A stretch of DNA of 37,813 bases from a virus, in the IMG/VR virus record IMGVR_UViG_3300042507_002672, one strand, 5' to 3'. The first letter of the stretch is position 1; every line of letters begins with the position of its first letter. A program made the position numbers and the translations under genes. Under the pieces are notes generated by a model that worked only from the letters and a program-made list of their open reading frames with translations, had not been told where the DNA came from and did not search any database. This document shows positions 31,639 to 37,813 of the stretch, in pieces.

Positions 31639-32100
31639 ATGACCGAGATTGTCAAAGTCTCATGTTACCCGAATGAAGGAACGCCGCAGGTTATCGCGGG
31701 CGACCCCCAGGCGGGCGATTTGGTTCGCATCACGACTGCGAGCGGGGCGGTTATTTATGAGCGGTTTACGCCCGCGCCATCGCCGCCGGGGACACGTCCG
31801 CTAGTTCTATCCGCTACGGGGTTCATGGATGCTGCGATTGCTGGCCTCCGCACCGCGAACGGTTCGACGCAAGCCGCAGCCGAGGCGCGTTTTCAGGAAA
31901 TCATTGAGGGCGCAAAGAACTTTGCGGGCTCGACTGAAATCGCCAAGCGTATCCGCTACGTCCATGAGCGATACGCAAAGGCGACCACGTTTAATAAGGC
32001 CGTGGTCGTGGGGATGCTTGCTCTGTTCCGCTCTGCCGGCGTGGCGTCTCTTACGGCAGATGAAGAAACGGGCATGTTAGCGGCATGGCCCGAAGCATAG
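31639..32100 (+). CDS. Hypothetical tail-fibre-module protein (153 aa)
   Basis: ORF track. Confidence 0.6.
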   Translation: MTEIVKVSCYPNEGTPQVIAGDPQAGDLVRITTASGAVIYERFTPAPSPPGTRPLVLSATGFMDAAIAGLRTANGSTQAAAEARFQEIIEGAKNFAGSTEIAKRIRYVHERYAKATTFNKAVVVGMLALFRSAGVASLTADEETGMLAAWPEA

Positions 32101-32202
32101 CAGATCGCCCCCGGACTAAATCGCCAACTAAAGGCCGGGGACTAGCCAGTACGACTACTTCTGAGGAGTCGCCATGCGAGCTTGCAAATGGGTTAACGCC
32201 CC

Positions 32203-32442
32203 ATGACCGAAGATGTTCGCATTGGGGAGGTCGTTACTAAGACCGCCGTTCTTGAATCTCGTTTAGACGGCCATGAGGACATTTGCGCCAAGAGGTATGG
32301 GGAGATTGCCGAGGCTTTTGGCGATCTAAAATCAAAACTTGTGGGGATCGAAAGCCGGATGACCGGCGCGCTTATCACCCTCGTTTTAATCCTCACAACG
32401 GCCCTAGCGACGGTCCTGTGGGCTAAAATGAATGGTGGGTGA
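32203..32442 (+). CDS. Small protein with a C-terminal transmembrane helix (79 aa)
   Basis: A coiled-coil-like N-terminus is followed by GALITLVLILTTALATVLWA. Confidence 0.55.
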   Translation: MTEDVRIGEVVTKTAVLESRLDGHEDICAKRYGEIAEAFGDLKSKLVGIESRMTGALITLVLILTTALATVLWAKMNGG

Positions 32443-33482
32443 TGGGCCTGCCCCCAACCCCTCGTGATGTTCTCCAAGAGGCTCTGGACCTTAAGGCGAA
32501 GTATGGGGGATGGGCGGAAGCCTCTAGGGTGTCTCGGGTTCCTATCAATACTCTGAAGTCTCGAGGGGATAGGGCCAAAGCGGCGGGGCTTACGCCCCTA
32601 GCAGCCCCCATCAGAGATGATTCCAACATCACCGCGCTGGTTGATAGCCTGCGGTCGGAGTTGGACAAAGCCAGGGACGAACTGGCCAAAGCCCAAAGGC
32701 CAAAGTTCACCATCCGTCAAGAGGTGCGCGGTGTAGCCTCTAAGATACGGGTTCTTGCCATAGGCGATACCCACGACGATAGGCACCTCTCCAAAGACAG
32801 ATTTGAGTGGCTCTGCAAATACGCGCGCGAGATTACCCCCGATGTGGTTTTGCAGATCGGGGATATGGCGACGATGGACAGCCTCAATTTCCACATCCCG
32901 AACGAAAGCCTGGACGGGAAACTAAAGCCTTCGTTTGAGGCGGATATGGGTTCGCTCAATCTCGCCCTCCAAGCCTTTGGCTGCGACGGAATCGAGAAAC
33001 ACGTAACTCTCGGAAACCACGAACGGCGCGTCTGGAATTATGAGCAATCCAATCCCGAGATGGCCGGCAAGCTGGTTTGCACGCTCGACAGCGTCCTAAA
33101 AAATAACGGGTGGACCTATAGCCCTTACGGAATAATTCAATATTACGGCGGCGTCGGATTCGTGCATTGCGCCTTAAATACACTGGGCAAGGCGTATGGG
33201 GGGAAGAACTGCCTCCCGACCATTGCGAACGACAGCGTTTCGGATTTGGTCGTAGGCCACTCTCACCGCGCCCGCGTGCATCAAGCTCCGAAGATTGGGC
33301 AGCGATACCCCACGACCATCATAGACCTCGGCTGCGCTTTGCCTGATGGCCATATCGAGGGTTATGCCGCACACGCCCTGAACGGCTGGACCTGGGGAGC
33401 TTATGAGCTGCTCATCCAGCACAATCATATCCAGAGCGCGAAATTCGTCAGCATGGCGGAACTTGGGGAGCGGTACTCATGA
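32442..33482 (+). CDS. Calcineurin-like metallophosphoesterase with an N-terminal extension of about 100 aa
   Basis: The ordered motifs GDTHD, GDMA, GNHE and GHSH are present. ATG at 32442 overlaps the upstream TGA. Confidence 0.8.
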   Translation: MGLPPTPRDVLQEALDLKAKYGGWAEASRVSRVPINTLKSRGDRAKAAGLTPLAAPIRDDSNITALVDSLRSELDKARDELAKAQRPKFTIRQEVRGVASKIRVLAIGDTHDDRHLSKDRFEWLCKYAREITPDVVLQIGDMATMDSLNFHIPNESLDGKLKPSFEADMGSLNLALQAFGCDGIEKHVTLGNHERRVWNYEQSNPEMAGKLVCTLDSVLKNNGWTYSPYGIIQYYGGVGFVHCALNTLGKAYGGKNCLPTIANDSVSDLVVGHSHRARVHQAPKIGQRYPTTIIDLGCALPDGHIEGYAAHALNGWTWGAYELLIQHNHIQSAKFVSMAELGERYS

Positions 33483-33697
33483 GCGAGGAACCCGAAGTCC
33501 CGGTTGAGTTCGTAGAACTCCCGTACCCGTTTCTGGAAACCAACCACGCCAAGCTCCGCTGCTTCATTGCTGAGCACTTCATGAACGCTGAGATCGACGG
33601 CAACATTTTAGTGGCCAACATGGACGCGGTTTATCAGTGGGTACTGAAGGGCACTGTATCGAAGGCCCGCGCGAAACCGCAACTGGTGAAGCCATGA
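33479..33697 (+). CDS. Hypothetical protein (72 aa)
   Basis: ORF track, ATGA overlap. Confidence 0.5.
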   Translation: MSEEPEVPVEFVELPYPFLETNHAKLRCFIAEHFMNAEIDGNILVANMDAVYQWVLKGTVSKARAKPQLVKP

Positions 33698-33864
33698 GCG
33701 AGAAGATCGGCCCCTTCATCGTCCCGACTGCGGAGGGTGGCGTGGCCCTGATCTACGACTACGAACGCATCGAACTCGACCAACAGACCGCTCAACATTG
33801 GTGGTGGACCTTGAGCCAGTATTTGAACCGATGGGCGGAAGAACAAAGGAAAAGGACTAAGTGA
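33694..33864 (+). CDS. Hypothetical protein (56 aa)
   Basis: Start at MSEKIGPF (ATGA overlap) within track ORF 33637..33864. Confidence 0.5.
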   Translation: MSEKIGPFIVPTAEGGVALIYDYERIELDQQTAQHWWWTLSQYLNRWAEEQRKRTK

Positions 33865-34190
33865 GAATGGCTATTGCACTGAAAAGCAGCGCGCGGATTA
33901 CAGGGGTTAGACCGGAAACCCTATTCGCCATGCGTGTTGCTGAAGGCGTGTTCGAGGACCGCAAACTAGGGCTAATGACCATCACGTCCTGCAATGACGG
34001 CAAGCACTCCCCCGGAAGTAAACACTATGTCGGCGGTGCCTTTGACATTCGCACGCGCGATATCCCAAAGGACCAATGGCAGCTTGTGGCCAGTGACATA
34101 CGCGAACGGCTCGGAACTGAATATGACGTAGTTGTCGAGGCCGATCATTATCACATCGAACTCGACCCAAAGACCCCCATCAACGCATAG
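33861..34190 (+). CDS. Peptidase M15-type endolysin (Zn D-Ala-D-Ala / L-Ala-D-Glu peptidase fold)
   Basis: SKHYVGGAFDI and ADHYHIE give the H...D...H zinc ligand pattern. It sits directly upstream of the holin and spanins. The start is GTG 33861 or ATG 33867. Confidence 0.8.
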   Translation: MRMAIALKSSARITGVRPETLFAMRVAEGVFEDRKLGLMTITSCNDGKHSPGSKHYVGGAFDIRTRDIPKDQWQLVASDIRERLGTEYDVVVEADHYHIELDPKTPINA

Positions 34191-34199
34191 GAGCTAACC

Positions 34200-34403
34200 A
34201 TGGAAGCTAAATCAATCTTTGCCAGCCGCACCCTTTGGGCCAACGTCATTGGTGGTGCCGTAGCCATTGCGACGGCCTTCGGCCTGGACCTCGACATTGA
34301 CGCCGAAGCGCAGACCGCAATCGTCGGCGGCATTATGGCCGTTGTGAACATCGTCCTGCGCTTCATGACCTCGGCCCCCGTGACGGTAACGAGGGCCGAA
34401 TGA
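34200..34403 (+). CDS. Holin (two transmembrane helices, 67 aa)
   Basis: Hydrophobic segments TLWANVIGGAVAIATAFGL and TAIVGGIMAVVNIVLRF. It lies between the endolysin and the spanins. Confidence 0.65.
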   Translation: MEAKSIFASRTLWANVIGGAVAIATAFGLDLDIDAEAQTAIVGGIMAVVNIVLRFMTSAPVTVTRAE

Positions 34404-34591
34404 CGGCAATTATCGGCCTCGGAATTGCGGGCCTCGCGTTCCTGGCTTTGTACCTGTTCGGGCGCAAAGCCGGGAAAGACGCGGCTAAGGCCAAAACCTT
34501 GGAGAAAACCATTGAACAAATTGTGGATGCTGTGCGCCCTGCCACTGATGTTGAGCTTGACAGGGTGCGGAGCAAGTACAGGCGGGATTAA
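34400..34591 (+). CDS. i-spanin-like protein (N-terminal TM helix, 63 aa)
   Basis: MTAIIGLGIAGLAFLALYLFG is followed by a charged helical region. It has an ATGA overlap with the holin. Confidence 0.6.
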   Translation: MTAIIGLGIAGLAFLALYLFGRKAGKDAAKAKTLEKTIEQIVDAVRPATDVELDRVRSKYRRD

Positions 34592-34709
34592 AGCCGCCTG
34601 CGCTGTGTTTACGGCGCCGTCGTGGTCAAGCCGGGATACCCCTGAAACCCAGGTCTGGATGGAAAACTATGCAGTCCGATATGAAAGACTTTGCGTCGAT
34701 GCTCGATAG
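34527..34709 (+). CDS. o-spanin-like lipoprotein (60 aa), overlapping the i-spanin 3' end in another frame
   Basis: MLCALPLMLSLTGCGAS has the lipobox LTGC. It is short with conserved Cys residues, in an overlapped spanin arrangement. Confidence 0.65.
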   Translation: MLCALPLMLSLTGCGASTGGIKAACAVFTAPSWSSRDTPETQVWMENYAVRYERLCVDAR

Positions 34710-35115
34710 CTTTGTGGAGTGGGTCGCGGAACATGGGCGGGTGATGCTTTACAGCTTCCTTGCCGGCGTCATCCTGATGCTTGTGTTCGGGTGTAGCGCA
34801 GCCAATGCCTACACAAAGCCCCAGGGAGCCCCGGAGATTGCCGTTCCCGCTCATGGGGTAGTTGTGGCCATCTTCGCCGCACAAACGCCTGTAGGGCACG
34901 GCATAGGGGTTTTTGAGCAACGTGGGGCGGACTGGTATCTGTGCGGTCAATGTATCATCGCAGAATACCCCACTATGGATAGCGCGGTTTCCGGCGCCGG
35001 TGGGGCTCTGCCTTATATGGCGAGCAAGGTTCCAGAACTTAACGCTATCCTCGCAAGCCGATACCCTGCCACAGGCACGCCGCCTACTGGGTCAACCATT
35101 GATCGAGTTAATTAG
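34669..35115 (+). CDS. Hypothetical membrane-anchored or lipoprotein (148 aa; start uncertain)
   Basis: A hydrophobic segment ends in LVFGCSA (lipobox-like). It is the last gene of the rightward unit. Confidence 0.55.
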   Translation: MQSDMKDFASMLDSFVEWVAEHGRVMLYSFLAGVILMLVFGCSAANAYTKPQGAPEIAVPAHGVVVAIFAAQTPVGHGIGVFEQRGADWYLCGQCIIAEYPTMDSAVSGAGGALPYMASKVPELNAILASRYPATGTPPTGSTIDRVN

Positions 35116-35370
35116 GCTCTCTCGGGGTCGAGTGTCGATCTTCATGGCGCGGATTGCTGCGCGGGCAGTCGGTAGGTATTCGGTCCAATCCAGCTCAAGT
35201 CCACCCTTCGCTTCTGGAAAGTCGAACGGTGCAGCAAACCCGGTATCAATTTGATGCTGGTTTATGTCGCGGGAAATCGCTTTAGCTACGCGCGTTTCCA
35301 TCTCCGTGGCATCGACCGCTCCGCTCATTGTTTTCTCTGCACTCACGCCAACCTCCATTTGCCAAGCCAT
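35092..35370 (-). CDS. Hypothetical protein (92 aa), last gene of the leftward unit
   Basis: ORF track. It converges on, and overlaps by 24 nt, the last rightward gene. Confidence 0.5.
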   Translation of the reverse strand: MAWQMEVGVSAEKTMSGAVDATEMETRVAKAISRDINQHQIDTGFAAPFDFPEAKGGLELDWTEYLPTARAAIRAMKIDTRPRESLINSING

Positions 35371-35429
35371 CTTACGCGCCTAAAGCGCGTCCTATCAATT
35401 CCCCATCCGTGTGAGGGGAGCGGTCGGGG

Positions 35430-36836
35430 TCATGCTGCGGGCCTTTCGATCTGATCCACCATTGTGATGCGCCGGCCAATCCAGGCCATCACGGGCACGG
35501 CCATTGAGTTCCCCAGCGCCTTGTAGCGAGGGCCATCAGCGGCCATGCCGTTGCGGTAAGGAATCAAAGTATAATCGTCAGGAAATCCCTGTAATCTTTC
35601 GCACTCCCGCGGTGTAAGGCGGCGCACGGCGGCTGATGTGGAAAGCATGGGCGTATTGCGCCCGCTTGCGTTGCTGTTCGTGTTCAAAGTGTTAAACACG
35701 TCCCCCGCGCGCACCTCGCCTGTCTGGTTTTGAGCAAAGGCCACGGCTTGCTGAATGCAGTCGCCCCCTTGTTGGTTGCCCCCGACAGGGCCACCCGCCA
35801 TGACAGGCTGCGCTACGTCCACGGCGCGTGCCTTGTAATCACGGCTCGAGTTCTGCGGCATGATCGACCACGCGACGTAGGTTTGCTCGACTTGGTTGCC
35901 GCCAGAGTTGGCGCCGAGGCTGTTCGACACTGCGACCTGGCGGATCTGCATTGCCATAGGACTGGCCCCGTTTACACCTGACCCAGCCGTCCCGATTGTC
36001 GCTGCAACCTCGCCAGTTATGATTCCGTTATAGCAGTCAACGCCAATCGTGACAGGCACAAGCGGCGTTCCCCGTCCCGTCCCATTTTCACTCGCGTCAA
36101 AGCCATCAGCGCGCAGGGAGTGGGTAACGAACGTCTCACTTTCACCGTCAATGCGACCGACGCCGCCCTTGGCGTTTAAAGCCCTAGCGATTAGATGACC
36201 GGCCTGAGCTTGGTTATCGTCCGCGCCGCATGTTCCAACGCCGTTTGCAGTGAGCGCGGCAACTCCCGGCCCCGCTTGGCGGCGCGGCGCAGTATCCCCG
36301 CGCAGGCTTTCGCGCTCAAAAAGAACCGCTGCGGCACGTCGCCAGTCTCCAAGGTGTCCGACAACGAACACACGGCGGCGGCGCTGGGCCACTCCGAAGT
36401 ACTGAGCGTCAAGCACTCGATAGGCGAACCCATACCCGAGTTCTGCCAAGCCCCCGAGGATGGAACCAAAGTCCCGTCCTCCGTTCGATGACAGTACACC
36501 GGGGACGTTCTCCCAAACCACCCATCGGGCGCGTGAGCGGCGAGCAAGTTGAAGAAACGCGAGGGCCAGGTTGCCACGCGCGTCGCCCAAGCCGCCCCGC
36601 AATCCTGCGATCGAAAAGCTCTGGCAGGGGGTTCCGCCGACAAGAAGGTCAATTGGTTCATATTCGCCCTCGCGAATGGTGGTGAAGTCCCCATGCAACG
36701 GCACATCGGGATAGTGGTGCGCGAGGACCGCCCGCGGGAATTTGTCGATCTCGGAATAGAAGGCCGGCCGCCAGCCGAGCGGATGCCATGCGACCGTGGC
36801 CGCTTCGATGCCGGAACAGACTGAGCCGTACCGCAT
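35430..36836 (-). CDS. dcm: DNA (cytosine-5) methyltransferase with a long variable region
   Basis: Motif I-like SVCSGIEA, motif IV GGTPCQSFS, motif VI WENVPG, motif VIII QRRRRVFVVG, motif IX RRLTPRECERLQGFPDDYT and motif X GNSMAVPVM. About 240 aa lie between motifs VIII and IX. Confidence 0.9.
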   Translation of the reverse strand: MRYGSVCSGIEAATVAWHPLGWRPAFYSEIDKFPRAVLAHHYPDVPLHGDFTTIREGEYEPIDLLVGGTPCQSFSIAGLRGGLGDARGNLALAFLQLARRSRARWVVWENVPGVLSSNGGRDFGSILGGLAELGYGFAYRVLDAQYFGVAQRRRRVFVVGHLGDWRRAAAVLFERESLRGDTAPRRQAGPGVAALTANGVGTCGADDNQAQAGHLIARALNAKGGVGRIDGESETFVTHSLRADGFDASENGTGRGTPLVPVTIGVDCYNGIITGEVAATIGTAGSGVNGASPMAMQIRQVAVSNSLGANSGGNQVEQTYVAWSIMPQNSSRDYKARAVDVAQPVMAGGPVGGNQQGGDCIQQAVAFAQNQTGEVRAGDVFNTLNTNSNASGRNTPMLSTSAAVRRLTPRECERLQGFPDDYTLIPYRNGMAADGPRYKALGNSMAVPVMAWIGRRITMVDQIERPAA

Positions 36837-36907
36837 CAGGCCCTCGCGATCTTTACGAGGGGGGATACGAGGGGGATTTGGCCCGCCGCCGGTTCACTAT
36901 CGGTCAT
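36836..36907 (-). CDS. Possible 23-aa peptide (MTDSEPAAGQIPLVSPLVKIARA)
   Basis: Hand translation. Its TGA overlaps the dcm ATG (tgatg). It may simply be a coupling leader. Confidence 0.2.
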   Translation of the reverse strand: MTDSEPAAGQIPLVSPLVKIARA

Positions 36908-36911
36908 GGTC

Positions 36912-37226
36912 CTACGTCCCCGTGGGTGTGGGAGCGGGCTTCTCGGTGAGGAGGGCGAGGATGGCGTTGACTTCGTATTCAGTTCGCCTGTCTCTATCCA
37001 AACTTTCCGAATTGAACCAATCGACACGCGCTTGTTGTAATGCCGATTCGATCTGCTCCCGCGTGACCGTCTGTGCCTGGGGTGGCGTCTGACTGGCGCG
37101 GAGGTGGTCACGCAAAGCTCTGGCGACCGTTGCGTTTCTGCTCCACCCGCCAACTTGATGGTTTTCAGCGATCATTTCGTCGCACAGTTTCAGCAGTTCT
37201 TCTGCGGTCATACGTTCTTCGCTCAT
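36912..37226 (-). CDS. Hypothetical early protein (104 aa)
   Basis: Start at MSEERMTAEELL (ATGA overlap with the upstream stop) within track ORF 36912..37355. Confidence 0.6.
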   Translation of the reverse strand: MSEERMTAEELLKLCDEMIAENHQVGGWSRNATVARALRDHLRASQTPPQAQTVTREQIESALQQARVDWFNSESLDRDRRTEYEVNAILALLTEKPAPTPTGT

Positions 37227-37504
37227 GTGGTCACCGTGAAGGGATGGAGGGCTTCGTCCATATCGGGAAGTAACTGCGTCAGGCCGGGGTGTCCGCCCAG
37301 TATCCAGCCCTTTTCGGTACGGCACGCGCGCACCTTGGCGAGCGTTTCGGCGCACTTAACCAGGGCACGAATAATATCTGTGTCCGACGTGTACTCGCTC
37401 AGGTCGTCCATATAGCGCGTGCTGCCTGAGCGAAGGTCGCAGGCTTCCTCGTATGCTTTCTCAGCCGCTTCTTTCAGGGCCTTCAGGTCAATACGTTCAG
37501 TCAT
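37223..37504 (-). CDS. Hypothetical early protein (93 aa)
   Basis: ORF track. GAAGGGA lies upstream of the ATG, which is 19 nt after the stop of the repeat ORF. Confidence 0.6.
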   Translation of the reverse strand: MTERIDLKALKEAAEKAYEEACDLRSGSTRYMDDLSEYTSDTDIIRALVKCAETLAKVRACRTEKGWILGGHPGLTQLLPDMDEALHPFTVTT

Positions 37505-37523
37505 TTGTCGTGTCCCTTCGTGG

Positions 37524-37813
37524 TTAGCCGTCGCCGTAGCCGGAGCCGTAGCCGGAGCCGGAGCCGTAGCCGGAGCCGTAGCCGTCGCCGTAGCCGTCGC
37601 CGTCGCCGTAGCCGGAGCCGGAGCCGTAGCCGGAGCCGTAGCCGTCGCCGTCGCCGTAGCCGGAGCCGGAGCCGTAGCCGTAGCCGTAGCCGGAGCCGTA
37701 GCCGGAGCCGTAGCCGTCGCCGTAGCCGTCGCCGTCGCCGTAGCCGGAGCCGGAGCCGTAGCCGGAGCCGTAGCCGTCGCCGTAGCCGTCGCCGTCGCCG
37801 TAGCCGGAGCCGG
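37524..37813 (-). CDS. C-terminal part of the (Gly-X)n repeat protein (enters from the window end; stop TAA at 37526..37524)
   Basis: The minus-strand frame reads GGC-TAC/GGC-TCC/GGC-GAC throughout and ends ...G-Y-G-D-G-stop. It is the same frame as 1..153 once the 86-nt terminal overlap is merged. Confidence 0.5.
   Translation of the reverse strand, partial: GSGYGDGDGYGDGYGSGYGSGSGYGDGDGYGDGYGSGYGSGYGYGYGSGSGYGDGDGYGSGYGSGSGYGDGDGYGDGYGSGYGSGSGYGSGYGDG
37530..37813. repeat. Tandem hexanucleotide array (47 perfect units plus 2 nt) of gtcgcc, gtagcc and ggagcc
   Basis: Direct reading gives unit order DYSYSSYSYDY DDYSSYSYD DYSSYYYSYSY DY DDYSSYSYDY DDYS(gg). The 60-nt super-unit DDYSSYSYDY recurs. 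Confidence 0.95.

Noticed and set aside
30215-32100. Looked for a diversity-generating retroelement, because the head genes resemble BPP-1-like phages.
   Set aside because: No reverse transcriptase-like ORF is found anywhere in the window. By eye I saw no template/variable repeat pair near the tail-fibre 3' ends. I did not do an exhaustive repeat search.
32100-32203. The intergenic gaps 32100-32203, 9536-9606, 13110-13193 and 35370-35430 screened by eye for tRNA genes.
   Set aside because: I found no cloverleaf-compatible acceptor or T-arm pattern (no GTTCRANNC-type box with matching stems). tRNAscan-SE would be the decisive check.

Overview
The window reads as an essentially complete, circularly permuted or terminally redundant tailed-phage genome of about 37.7 kb. 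Its first 86 nt are identical to its last 86 nt. Gene content is podovirus-like, and GcrA-like, DnaA-domain-IV-like and DUF1376 genes suggest an alphaproteobacterial host (inference). All family calls come from motifs read by eye in the supplied translations; no database search was run.

Architecture: two divergent transcription units leave a control region at 4070-4219.
- Leftward early operon: runs from 4069 down to 1 and, through the window junction, from 37813 down to 35092. It holds small unknowns, a YqaJ-type exonuclease, an Erf annealase, SSB, an HNH-like nuclease, a pure (Gly-X)n repeat ORF and a C5-cytosine methyltransferase.
- Rightward unit (about 31 kb, 4220 to 35115):
  - Regulation and replication: a Cro-like HTH, a ~300-nt hairpin-dense leader ending in an intrinsic terminator, VRR-NUC, an SNF2-type helicase, a beta-class DNA methyltransferase, a DnaA-domain-IV-like protein, a DUF1376 replication protein, a Gfo/Idh/MocA oxidoreductase plus formyltransferase pair, and a GcrA-C-terminal-like protein.
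  - Packaging and head: terminase, portal, scaffold, capsid, decoration protein, and a DUF115/Maf-like protein.
  - Tail: adaptor/tail genes, an embedded GNAT, three large internal-virion-like proteins, and a tail fibre.
  - Lysis: a metallophosphoesterase, an M15 endolysin, a holin, overlapped spanins and a lipoprotein.

Gene boundaries very often overlap as ATGA or TAATG, which supports most calls. I recognised no integrase, CI-type repressor, tRNA, CRISPR array, transposase or reverse transcriptase.

Most notable observations:
1. The (Gly-Tyr/Ser/Asp)n ORF, written with only three hexanucleotides and spanning the junction.
2. The structured leader plus terminator after the Cro-like gene, a possible put/nut-like antitermination element or ncRNA.
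3. A dispersed set of small-molecule or glycan-type enzymes (oxidoreductase, formyltransferase, DUF115/Maf-like, GNAT). Two of them sit inside the virion module, suggesting virion or DNA modification.
4. A candidate opposite-strand membrane-protein gene inside the tail operon.
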